Shown here piece by piece: positions 51,466 through 64,000 of a DNA stretch of 64,000 nt (position 1 is the stretch's first letter; each line of letters opens with the position of its first letter). This DNA is from Paecilomyces variotii (taxonomy: Eukaryota): assembly GCA_004022145.1 (NCBI GenBank), contig RCNU01000001.1; one strand, written 5' to 3'. Both the position numbers and the translations under genes were made by a program. Below the pieces are notes generated by a model. That model ran no database searches. It was not told the origin of the DNA and saw only the letters and a program-made list of their open reading frames with translations.

Positions 51466-52473
51466 ATGGACGCATCATGTCTGCTTCCGGAGCAAATACC
51501 GCTTCCTCCCAGTCCAACGGAGCCTGCTGGCCACAGTAACGATGTTGCGACCGAAGTCAAACAACACCCCCAGAAGCTCGAGGACGTCACGATAAACTCG
51601 TCGCTATCCCTACCCATTCAACAACCTCTTCGGGACCGATCTCCATTTTCGCGGACTCACTTCCGTTCTCGATCCCTGGCTGGCCCTCCGGGCGCTCCTA
51701 TGACTCGTGCACACTCGACCCCAGGGCCCGACTCGCGCGGCCGGTACATCTTTATCACCAGTCCTGCGAAGCCACCTAGTCCTCTAGATCTCTCCAAACG
51801 GAGACACAGCCCACTGCGGATGAACTTCGAGGAGAGTGGATATCCCAGCATGGCATCTTTGAATGTGTCGGAGACCATATCAGAACACGCAGAGCTCGAT
51901 AGTCGCTCCAGATCCAGCGGTTCTGACTTGGATACTCAAGCCAATTCTCCTACCTTCCTCACGACCATGCATCATACCTTCCCGCGAGCTGCCCGTCGAC
52001 GGCCATCCTCTCCTCTATTTCCACCTGCGATCAACACCAGTGGTCCATACACGAGCAGCCCGGTGCCGACACAGTCCTCTCCAGTCACATTAGGAGCCAA
52101 ATACAACGAGGCCTTTCCGAGTTATTCGACCTCGTCAGGATCATCCGTCCCGTCAACTCCCACGAGCATACGCTCCCGTAGCCCGAGCATTTCTTCTCTG
52201 GAAACGATCCCTGACATACCCGACGCGGAAGCAGCTGCCACGGAAGCTGACCGCATTGACAGTCTGAAAGCTGCCAATGACAGAGCTGATACAACTGCCG
52301 ACACAACCAGGCTGCGCGGGTGGCCCGATACCTCGGGGTCTTCTAACGGCGTAGGTAACATGCGCACCGGGTTAGGAGGCTACGGCGTGAGGACCGATAA
52401 ACGGAAGCGTTGGAGTGTCTGTGGAGCAGAAAGACGACAAGATCTCGATCTGGAGACTATCTGGGAAGATTAA
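51466..52473 (+). CDS. Ser/Pro-rich hypothetical protein
   Basis: 335 aa ATG ORF in good context (gccATGG), mostly low-complexity. Conserved-looking blocks RSRSPSISSLETIPD and KRKRWSVCGAERRQDLDLETIWED. Confidence 0.75.
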   Translation: MDASCLLPEQIPLPPSPTEPAGHSNDVATEVKQHPQKLEDVTINSSLSLPIQQPLRDRSPFSRTHFRSRSLAGPPGAPMTRAHSTPGPDSRGRYIFITSPAKPPSPLDLSKRRHSPLRMNFEESGYPSMASLNVSETISEHAELDSRSRSSGSDLDTQANSPTFLTTMHHTFPRAARRRPSSPLFPPAINTSGPYTSSPVPTQSSPVTLGAKYNEAFPSYSTSSGSSVPSTPTSIRSRSPSISSLETIPDIPDAEAAATEADRIDSLKAANDRADTTADTTRLRGWPDTSGSSNGVGNMRTGLGGYGVRTDKRKRWSVCGAERRQDLDLETIWED

Positions 52474-53778
52474 GTGCGTTACCAATCGGACCGGACGCAG
52501 TTTTCGATCTCGAAATCTGAGAAGATAACATCTCCGGGAGAGAACCTGGGATACCCTCTATGGCTACGCAAGATCCTGCACCATTGTATCATATTGCCCA
52601 TTTGGATTTCAACGTCTCTCCATACTTTTACACTCACTTTCGGCGTTAGATTCGACTTATTACTGATACCCTTGATGTCCTGGTCTATACGGCGTCGTTC
52701 AGTCGTTTCAAGTTTGGATTCCAAGCAGGCGTCTCCTTTTTTTTTTACCATCTAACCATTATGGCCGTCTCTATGCCCATCTCGGACGTTTGAAGCCTTT
52801 CCCTACCGGCGTTGTCATCAGAACTTTTTTTTCTTTCCAAGGAATGGGAGCATTCTCTCGTCTATGGACTCTCACATTGTCCTCATGCGCGTTGTTCACA
52901 GTTCCTCAACGACTGTCATCATTCTGCAAGCAGTTCATATCTATTCCCAAGCGGAGAATCGCAATCATGCCGGACATGAGATCCACCGTCTTCTACTAAG
53001 TCAGACTCAGTCTGCCAATGGCGTTTGAGAGGATTGTCTCTTTCTTATCAACTTTTCTTTTTTTACACACTTTTTCGCTTCATTGCTCTCTTTTTATTGC
53101 GCCCCTTTTTACGTCGTTTTCGCATGTATGATCTATCGCTCTCGTCACGAAAGCGACTCCAGAACTAGGGCCGGTTGTAGATACATATCATCGTCATCGT
53201 CATAACTACAAAGCTTCTTGTTGAAGTTTCTCGGGTTAGAGATATTGGCAGGGACTTGATGAAATATATTATCCATTCAATTGGGAACCTGTTTGTTTCC
53301 GCGGCACTTTGTTCTATGGAGTACGGCTTTCTCGGCTGTTACACAACCGGGTTTAGAATCTAGAAGCGCACGCTTGCCTGCCACAGAATAGGGATTGTTG
53401 TCCAATATAAGGAATTATATCTTGATCATGCGCTTATTCCTGGCTATGGGCTAGTCTCAAACTATCAATAGAGTCGGCGTCCGGACAAAAGACACGATCT
53501 ATATGCAAAAAAAGAATGATATTGGTTCTTTAAATAATAGCTAAATCAGATTAATCTTCGATTATTATATCCAACCAGTATATAATAATCATTTGTCGTC
53601 TTGCTGTTCAAAAGCTATACTCCGGGATCTGGGGAGGTCTAGATGACCGTATAGGTTTTATCTCACGGCATCTTGTCTCGCTGCTGTATGGTCATCCGTT
53701 CCCAAAAACGCCCTACCCCCCTATCTTATCTTATCCAGTCTTAACCTTTTCTATCTTCTCTATATCTTATCCTCCTCT

Positions 53779-55566
53779 CTATTCTTTGGTAACGAGCGTA
53801 GTAAGAGGTCCGGTGTGGAACCCTTTGACGACACCAAGTGCAACGGCAGAAGGCAGCGAGTCGTCTCTTTTTAGGTCGAGACCAGCCTTTGGCAGACCAT
53901 ATACATCGCATATCTGTCCAGCGGCACGCTCACCACTCCAGTATGCACCTGCGGTTGTTCCCAGGTCAACAAAGGGCGCAGTATGCTCACCGGCAAACCA
54001 CACTCCACGCTCGGCGCCAACTCCGGCTCTGAAAGTCTCGATATCCTTGTCACCCTGTTCGAGGCCGACCTGGAAATTCGAATATGAGCCGTTGCCTGCG
54101 TAAGGGTCATTTTGCCACTGCGTAGCTAAGAAGGCGGACGGCTTGCAATCCGGAGATGACGCAGAATAATTTGGCAGGCGGGAGTAATAAGGAAGAAGGA
54201 ATTCATTGAGGATGTGGTATAGCTTTTCCGAGGAAGGGTCCAAGCCTGTGATCTGCGACACTATATGGGTTGCACAGGGCCCATATGTATAGAAGAGTAG
54301 AGTTGGATGATTGCAGCCATCGGGCAAATCAGCTAGCGAGATGGATTCCTGGTTCCAGCTTATATCCTCCGGGTGTTCGACATAAGTTGGGTTGAGAAAT
54401 TGTGCAAATGCTGGAGGATTGCTGCTGGGACCCTTGCCGTTGAAGACTTCATGCATCCCATTCGCTTTCCCAGAATCCATATCTGGAAGTGAGGCTCTGG
54501 GCTGGGTATGCCAGAAAGCCCGCGGAAAAGTTACGTATACCTTCTCAAGCCGTCCATACGATATACTGTCGATAGCGCTCAGCAGACGCGATGGAAGAGC
54601 AGGACTGAAAGCTTCTTTGTTTCGTTTTAACCAGCCCAAGGGGCACGTAACGACGACTTCGTCGAAACTATATGAATCTCCAGTCTTGGTCGTCACTGTG
54701 ACTTGATGATCCACGCCGGGTTTCCGTGGATTTGCCTCGATCCCGATGACGGGCTCATTCAGACGGATATCCGCCCGTCCAAGAACTGCCCGAGAGATAT
54801 GGTTTAGGATATTCCTGTAGGTAGATGCGACAAAGAGATTATCTGTACATAGCTTTTTAGCTGTTTCATCTTTTATCAGCATTCAACGATACAGCAATAC
54901 TCACTCTCATCGATGCATTCTTCGAGGCAGAAGAATTTCAGACTCTGTCTGTCTATCGGATCCCCTACATAGGAACCCCACATTTTAGAGGACTCGATGC
55001 ATGCGTCCTTTTCTGCTTGCGTGAAGTTGGTTTGCGCAACCCGTTCTTTAAAGAAATCTAGCAGACTCTTATCAGCGGGGATCTCGTCCTTGAACCTATT
55101 GCTATGCTCGAACGCCTCATCGAGGGTAGTCCACACAAAGTCAGAGATCTTAGTAGCCGTCTTTTCATCATAGAGGTTTCCAGCAGTGTCAAAGATCGAC
55201 TGTCTTCCGTCCCAGTCATGCGTCGTCGTATTCGATAACACGCCTATCTTGGAAATTGGATTATCCAAAGTACCATGGATCCAATTAGGACCGCTGTTGC
55301 ATTGTCAGTCATGTTCATCTGCACAGATCAACGGACCTACAGGTCAACAAGGTGTCCTCCGATTTCACTTTGACAAACCTGTTGCTTGTCGTTAGATATC
55401 TCTCCGGACTGGAGATCACTGGTAGACGTACTCTGCCGCCAATTCTATCCCTTGCCTCAATGATCGTCACCCGGACACCATTTTGGATCAGGATGTCTGC
55501 GCATCTCAGACCAGCTATGCCAGCTCCAATGATGCCGACATGGGGAGTCTTTCCCATAAGTGGCAT
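53779..55566 (-). CDS. Flavin-containing amine oxidase (polyamine oxidase/Fms1-like), multi-exon
   Basis: FAD-binding VGIIGAGIAGLRCA..IIEARDRIGGR, GPNWIHG, FDEVVVTCPLGWLK, WQNDPYAGNGSYS, WFAGEHT..GTTAGAYWSGERAA. Confidence 0.9.
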
Positions 55567-56869
55567 GCTGTACCAAAAAGTGGAAACTGGCACCTTAGTA
55601 GCGGCCGGAGACGGATAGGGGTCGAGGAGAATGCTCTTAGGAAAAGGAGACTGATGCCACCTTGTGGGCTGCGTCAAGCGGTTAGTCTTGCACTCCATAA
55701 GTTTACACAATATAAGAATAATAATCTCTCTCGAGCTCTCTCTAAGGTCACCGACGTGAGACTCTGAAAGAAAATGCAACCATAGATAAGAGATAACGGG
55801 ACGAAGAAAGCTCTTAGGTTGGATGAAATGAAATTGAGAAACAGTTGCAACTAAGTGGTTCAAAAATGGCTTCTAGACTGGAGTCCCGAGAGGGCATCAT
55901 CATACAGGCGCTCTGGGGAGGGCATCTGTTCCTCCTCAACAGGATGAACTAGCAGGCCCTACTGGCTCAGCAATCAGATGCAGAAGGCGCATGATGTTCC
56001 CTCTAGCAGTAATTCAGGGCAGCCAGTATGAATACTGTGAATACGTATGGCACGGAAAGAGCACATCAAAGATATAACCACAAGACCAGTAGTTTGCACA
56101 ACATAGATAACGGTGTACCAGAAGCTCGGAGAAAAAGTATGCAGCATACCTCAGGATAACCTACCGCTCGTGGGAAAGGCCGGACGACGTGGGAAAAGCA
56201 AAGAACAACGAAAAGGCCTGCTCGAGAAGATGCAACGAGATCTCGAGAGAACAGACACAGTATTAAAATGAAAGACGTAGAACTGAAATAATGGATATTG
56301 TGAAGCAATATGGATAAATCCTTTTATCACAGAACCACGTTTCCACCGGCCAAGCACCACGGGTTCGAAGCACGGGCCACCCGTTAACGACCTCAAGGGA
56401 GGGAGTTACGCTTTCTCTTCTTCTTCTTCTTCTTCTTCTCTCAAGCTCTTTAGGTATGATCGGATGATCATCATGGTTCGACCTTTTTCTTACGAGACGA
56501 ATCCACCGGTCCTACAGTGCTAGCGGTATCCAAATACATGATAATACCCTCGCGAGCTTGGCGGGGTTGCTATCTTAACGCTTATCCTCGGAGGCGGGGA
56601 GTATCGTTATCATCAGGGATGGCATTAAAGTGATAGGACTACCTGAATGAACTCTCTACGATCACCGGGTTATCGGTGTCGATGCGCTGGTCAAGTGGAA
56701 CTGATCGTCACAACATCAAGAGTTTAACTTGTACAAAGGAAAGCTCAATCCAATCGTTACTAATATGCATCGCTCGTGCGCCCCATGGGGTACATATGCC
56801 GCCCGTCCAGGTCACGGCTTGAAAAGGAATCGTTTGTTACAAAGGAAATGGGTAAAAGAGCGGCAGTGC

Positions 56870-58845
56870 TTATCGCCATGCACCTTGGCTTAGTGATAAC
56901 AGGCCCTGAATGCAATCGAGGTCTTCTTCCTGGCTAGGCCCGCCAGCGGCAGACATGAATGCAGAAACCTCTTCATCAACCTCCGGTGCCAGAGCATTCT
57001 CTTTACTTGCACTGGGTCCCTGATTTCGGGATGACCGTGCGTGCCTGCCATCGGCCATTACCTTCGAACTTTTCCCAGGCTGGTCTTGCGCCCGACCTGC
57101 TTCCTTGAGTATAGGACGCCGGTTCTGCCTGGGAACTGCTCTCCGGCGGACCTGAGGTTGCTGTGTTCCCGGGACCCAGTTTTCTTTGTCGGAATCGCCA
57201 GGGTCGATGTCTTCAAAAACTTCATACTTCGAGCCATTGTACGACTTGAGATCCTTCCGTGGCAAAGGGCTCTTGTCCATGGAGATATTCTGATCAGACT
57301 GGAGTCTTCCTAGGGATGAAACAGTGCGCGACAATTTGCGCCTCTTCTCGCCTGACTGTAATGGAACCGCCACCCTGTTCTGAAGATCCGAACGGGGAGC
57401 AAGAGCATTTTCTCGGCCAGAGAAGCTCCGACTTAATGATCGGTTACTCCTGGACCGCATCAGACCAGATTTAGCGGCGTTGGGTGTACCCTGGGAACTT
57501 GACGGAGTGGACAGTGCACTTCGAGCATCAGTATCGCAGTACAGTTCCCAGTTGCGAGCGTCACGAGACCTCCCAAAAGCCTTGTTACGGACATCCCGAT
57601 CTAGCAGATCTGGTCTCGCTGCACCCAGGCTGACAGCACTGTTGCTTCTCCGTAGGCCGCCAGCTCGAAAGCTTCTGTTTGGGGTGGGAAACAATACCGT
57701 CCGCGCTTTGGAGGGGGATGGCTCGTTTCCGGTTCGAATCAATGCTTCACCGTCTGAAGACATTGAGATTCTCACTGCGCTGCGTCCCTTCAACGGCGAC
57801 GGTGTCATCTCTCCTTCCTTCCTGACCATCGCCTCGCCGTCGAAGGATAGTGATATTCGCAATGAGGGTGGCGTCTTTACCCCAGGCAACCTCTGGATGC
57901 CTGTCCTCTCAATGCCGTGTTGGGTCTCGGATTCGCCACTGCAGATGTCTGTGAATGTCCGTTTTCTTTTGGGGGATTGTCCAAGTTGTTCTTCCGCAGA
58001 CATGGTCTCTTTTAGAGGCTTTATTTCCGGTTTGTCAACAGTCCCGGGAGCATTCCTGATGCTACTCGAAGACTTCGAAGCGACGCTAGTCTGCGAACTT
58101 TGTATCTGAGGCTCAACCTCTTCATTATCCGCGGAAACTACTCCGGAATCGAACGACGATTGAAATGATGCGTTGAGGTGTGAGTTTGTTACAGCGTTCG
58201 AGTCTGTGGCTTGCTCGCCTCCGTCACAGTGCTCCGCCCCACTCGATGAACCTTTCTCCGCCAACACGTTGTCGTCACTTCCGCTGTGCTGCGAGGAATC
58301 CTGCGACGTCGATCGAGGGGCCAGAAGTTCATGTGGTTGAAGAGGTTTCGACTTCCGTCGATCGTTCTGCCTGCGGTTTTGGAACCATATCTATATCCGT
58401 GCAATCAAAAGTTAATACACTGGAAAGACGCGCTGCATACGCGTTATTGGGGAACGTACCTGAACTTCCTTTTCCCCCAGAGCAACCCGACTAACTATAC
58501 TGGCCCGAGCTGCCTTGTCTGGTTTCGGGTTTCGTCTATACTCCGCCTCCAAAATGGCATGGTCCTCAGGACTTATGCAGCAGGTATTGTTAGCAAGTCC
58601 GTTCACAGCGGCGCCAGAGACGCGACAAGCGCGACGACAGGATCACAAATTGTAGGATAAACTCACCTGGTCCGACGGCGCTTCTGGCGTGCCAGCAGCT
58701 TATTATCGACGCGGGGAGGTAGATTTTGCGTCAATGTCTTCTGCGAATGGACCAGAAATGCGTAATTGAGGGCTGCGGACTCCGATGCGTTTGTTGGCGG
58801 CGGAGGTGACGAGCTGGCCGCTCCTGAGGGCTCCTGGTCACCCAT
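56870..58845 (-). CDS. Homeobox transcription factor, Yox1-like, 3 exons
   Basis: Spliced homeodomain ARQKRRRT|SPEDHAILEAEY..NPKPDKAARASI..LGEKEVQ|IWFQNRRQNDRR. C-terminal EEDLDCIQGLLSLSQGAWR. Confidence 0.88.
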
Positions 58846-60775
58846 TGTCGACGCAGTAAGGGGTCACTTGCTGTCACAACAAAGAAGAGAGACCCAGGAG
58901 GATATAAATCAGTCGAGACCTTAATGTCCCATCAACCGCGTCGCGATGTGGACGCGGACGGCGCACCGTGCAGCAATGGAGGTACATGGACTCGGGCCGG
59001 TTCTCGACCCGCCACTAGCTGCTTCGAGACGCGGTCATCCACGACTCCAATCTCGAGCAATCCATGGCTTGGTTTTACACGGACTGTATCTCTATTCTTT
59101 TATATGATCTATGGCTATCGACTCATCCCCGCCGCATATAAGTTGCTCCCGTCTCCTCGAGAAAATGACCCCGCGGGGTTCTCTTTTGCGAGACTTATCC
59201 TCGCAAGTGTTTGCTCTTGGACCACCTCAAATAAGTTTAGCCAATAGCAGTCTAAAACATTAGACTACCTTAGGCCATCTAAAAGCTCTTCTAGTTCGGT
59301 CGTTCGCTGTCATGCGTTCGCACCAAACTGGCAGCATCGAGCCCGCAAATGTTTTGGTATCCCGCGGGACCTTGCCTTTCCAGCTATAAAATACATACGT
59401 CCTCTGTTGTTGTATCTACAAGGGCGTCTCGCAACTTGTATAGAAAACGACTGTTGCATGATCTTTTTCATCTCTTCAAAAGCCTTCGCTGACGTCGTCT
59501 AGGAAATTACGGACTTGAGACGACGTGCTAATTCTATTCCTAGAGCGGCATGTGTGTTCTCGCGTTCTCGATTGTTCGTTGAATCGTTCCGGCCAGACGC
59601 GCGGGAACGCGAGATCCCGTGACCGTGACCTCGTGCTGCTCTAACCGGATGCGGCACAGCTGAGAGTCGGCCCTTCACAGTGAGTAATCGTTCAATTCTC
59701 AGCTGTCAGGCAACAACAGCGGATCTTGTTCAAGGCTCCACATTCCAGTAATGACAGCTGAATTCCCTTTCTCTAACTCGGACTCATCAGATGATTCAAG
59801 GCTTGCACGACACGAGGTCGCGCCTCCGACATTCTTGCTCTATTCCTTGACGCGGACAGTGACAGTCTCGCCGTATTGTCAATGAAAGCCTGTCAAAACA
59901 AGGAAGGAAATGGAGCCAAAGTCATTATAGTCTTCAATTTTTTGGAGGGAAATTGCCGGCGGTTTTGTACTTCGTATCTCGCGCTCTGTCTCACACCGAG
60001 GCCCTCTGGACAACCCAGCAAATCCGCCTTATCACGGCAAGCAAGGCCCCTGCTTCTCGAACTGATCGCTGCAGGGAATAAACGAGGAACATTACTAACG
60101 TCATAAAGCAAAGAGCTGAATGAATACGTCATATTCACCTCTAGCTCCCCTGCTGCCTCAGAAGCGGTGCATATATCCCTCCGATGTCACTTGCTGTCCC
60201 TTGATTGACTGTGGATTTTCAATCTATACAGTAGCCAATGTGGATTTGAGGACTGACAACTTCCCAGTGCCTTCTGCATCTTCCCATGACTCACCAATAT
60301 AGGAAACGACTTCGTTGAGCGAATCTGCTGTCTCTTCAAGTCCTCCGTAGACTTCTGCCATAGGATCAGCTGCGAATCCAAGGCAACAGGATGAGCAGGG
60401 AGATGCAAGTTCGATATCATGCACACGGCGAGATCCTTGTATTCCCATCTCTATTGGTTAGGGATCAAAAACATGCTTCCCGTGTTCATCTGCATTGTCA
60501 CGTCTGATCAACATTGCAAGTTGGAATACCAGCTATGTCTGCTATAAAGGACTTGAAACTCAATCCAGTTGTATGACCTATTAGTGCTCGATATCACTGT
60601 GACTTCTTTATCAGATCCGACGTCTTTTCCGAAGACGAAGAGAGTTTTGTATCAGATCTCTGCAATTCTCTTATCGTGTACATTCCGGTGATTTTTCCAT
60701 AAGAAGAAAGAAGAACGCCTAACCTGGAAACTAGTCCCTTTCCTTTTCTCTTAAACAGAAAGCCACTTGCTAGTC

Positions 60776-61858
60776 ATGATCAAGATAGCAATCGCCGGGA
60801 CGGGCGGCCTGGCACAGTATCTTGGGCACTATCTTGATACACAAACATCTCACCAATTCATCTTCCTCTCAAGAAACGTAAGCACAACAACAACAACCCA
60901 CTCCCCATTTCTAACATCTTGACTCATACCACCGCAGCCTAACCCAGGCTTATCCACCAAAGGATGGCAAGTGATCCAAGTGAACTACAGCAACGACCAG
61001 GACCTCCGCTACAAACTGACCGGGATTGACATGGTCATTTCCACTATCCACGGACAAGCCCAACTGGCCTTAATCGACGCAGCAGCCCACGTGCATGTGC
61101 AACGATTCGTCCCAGCCGAATTCGAAGGCCTACCTGCCCTCAGACCGCAGTCAGACATCCTGGATCGCGGCAAGACAGCAGCCCTGAATAAACTAGCACA
61201 ATACAGACCCTACGGAATGGAATATGCCGTCTTCGCCTGCGGTGTTTTCTACGAGCGCTTCGCTCCTGGCGGAATGGCCGCTTTGCAACTTGGTCAGAGT
61301 ATCTATGCAGCTGGAGAAGGTGACTATGTCATGGATATACGAAACATGGTGGCTCGGATCCCGTATTTCGATTCAACAGGTCGAGAGGTTCGAATATGTC
61401 TAACGTCCGCTCAGGACGTTGCCAGATTCGTCGTTGCGGCGCTGGAACTGCCGGAATGGCCTACTGAGTTTACGATGTGCGGTGAGCGAATGACGCTGAA
61501 TGATCTTGTTGGTGTTGCGGAGCATATGATGGGTGAGTTGACGATCGTCGTATTGTTATTTATTGTCCTGGTGGTCGTCGATATACTATTCGATAAGACG
61601 CATATTTAGAAACTAACGATTGAATTCAAAGGTGTTCACCAATTCCACCGTGTCGGCCATACCGTGGAGTCATTACAGCATAGTCTGGAATACGCAAAGG
61701 CTACAGGAAATATGCCTGAACAGTGGCGTCTTTATCAGTTATTCGGTACGGCGATGGGGAGGTATGACTTCGAGGAAGCGAATCTGAATACCATGGTCAA
61801 TGTTCGACCCATGAACTTCAGAGATTGGCTTTGCGCAGTGTGGTCTCGGAGAGTCTGA
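60776..61858 (+). CDS. NmrA/isoflavone-reductase-like NAD(P)-binding protein, 3 exons
   Basis: MIKIAIAGTGGLA Rossmann start, L.GIDMVISTI, QLALIDAA, RFVPAEF, CGVFYERF, TSAQDVARFVVAAL. Confidence 0.85.
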
Positions 61859-62244
61859 TTTGTATTGCACGCAATAATGATAATAATGTTTTTTTTATGC
61901 GTTGATGATGCATTTCGGGGTGCAGGATTAGATTAACATTTTCTGGTGCGATGGTTTAGCTAGGGTGGTGTTCTAGGATACTACAAAAAAGTGATAGGAT
62001 GCTGCTAAAGAATAATAACTTATCAGAGTCTGTGTCAGTTGCGAGGTATTCCAAGAGAAGTATAACCGATTGATAATAAATGGATACTTAAATTTTCGCA
62101 GCTTGGTACCAACACACTATCGTAACACGTTGTGAAATGATATTCATTCCTCTATGCCCTGCATTAAGAGCCGCTAGTGTAACCGTAGAGCTTTTCGTCC
62201 AAATCATCTATATATCAATCAATCCAATCCAGCCAAAGCAAACT

Positions 62245-63415
<1,171 letters not shown>

Positions 63416-63462
63416 ATCTGCGATGTCTCTGAAGTTTGTCAAAGTACTTGCCAAACGTGCCG

Positions 63463-63480
63463 ACGCGTTCGGCGACGCGT
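63463..63480. promoter_or_regulatory. Two MluI cell-cycle boxes (ACGCGT) upstream of thymidylate synthase
   Basis: ACGCGT at 63463-63468 and 63475-63480, ~50-65 bp before the ATG. Yeast TMP1/CDC21 is a classic MCB-regulated gene. Confidence 0.75.
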
Positions 63481-63706
63481 TAATTAGATTTCATAGTTGG
63501 TCTTTGGAGCTGGCCGTATTATGAGGGGCTGCGACACTTTGATTCGTCCATATTAACACGCGCTAATACTATCGTTATCTGATTGTTATCGATAAGGCTG
63601 TAGAGTCAGGTGATAACTATTGATTATACCACTCGAGAGAACAATCAATGTAATGTTATTATTAACAGTAAAATGAGACTCTAGACTCGTTATATCATCT
63701 ATCCGT

Positions 63707-64000
63707 CTATATCTTACTTCTAGCGACTCCACTTCCCACTCTCTCTTTCTCCATGGCCCTCAACCGATTCCGCATAATCTTCCCACTGATGGTTTTCGGG
63801 AGAAAACTCGGTTCCACGAACTGAACCCTCCGCGGGTACTTGTATGGCGCAGACATCTTCTTGCAGAAGTCCTGGATCTCCTTGCGAAGCTCATCCTGGT
63901 TTCTTCGCTTGTATTCCTCAGTGAGGACGATGAAAGCTTTGACGACCTCGACACGCTCTGGATCTGGTGAAGCCACTACGGCCGACTCGACTACTCCCGG
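63707..64000 (-). CDS. Acyl-CoA synthetase (AMP-binding enzyme) C-terminal end, partial
   Basis: [52 protein letters not shown] (A10 motif). Ends in SKI, a possible PTS1 variant. Runs off the window edge. Confidence 0.88.
   Translation of the reverse strand, partial: PGVVESAVVASPDPERVEVVKAFIVLTEEYKRRNQDELRKEIQDFCKKMSAPYKYPRRVQFVEPSFLPKTISGKIMRNRLRAMEKERVGSGVARSKI

Overview
Gene-dense, intron-containing DNA from a filamentous ascomycete. Gene content and splice signals look Eurotiales-like (Aspergillus/Paecilomyces relatives); the organism is inferred, not proven. About 23 protein-coding genes are supported. Conserved genes: Dsn1/Mis13 kinetochore subunit, Psd2, an MFS sugar-porter, Ssn3/CDK8, Mlo2/UBR7, Mcm2, an F-box protein, a single-barrel MetE-like protein, Arf6, a Ccg-9-like trehalose phosphorylase, dynactin p25, a PpoC-type dioxygenase-P450 fusion, a DUF2235 hydrolase, a flavin amine oxidase, a Yox1-like homeobox factor, an NmrA-like protein, thymidylate synthase and a partial acyl-CoA synthetase. 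An ~8 kb accessory-looking block (27.2-35.4 kb) sits between the MetE-like gene and arf6. It holds a head-to-head pair: an atypical kinase-fold gene and a PD-(D/E)xK nuclease-fold gene. These are the two domain types fused in Spok meiotic drivers. The pair's shared intergenic region contains an inverted, partly re-duplicated ~190 bp copy of the arf6/ccg-9 intergenic DNA from ~6.3 kb downstream. This pair is the best candidate for an undescribed toxin/antidote or conflict system. No tRNA, rRNA, CRISPR array or intact transposon was found. Exon coordinates were read by eye and family assignments are from motif recognition, not searches.
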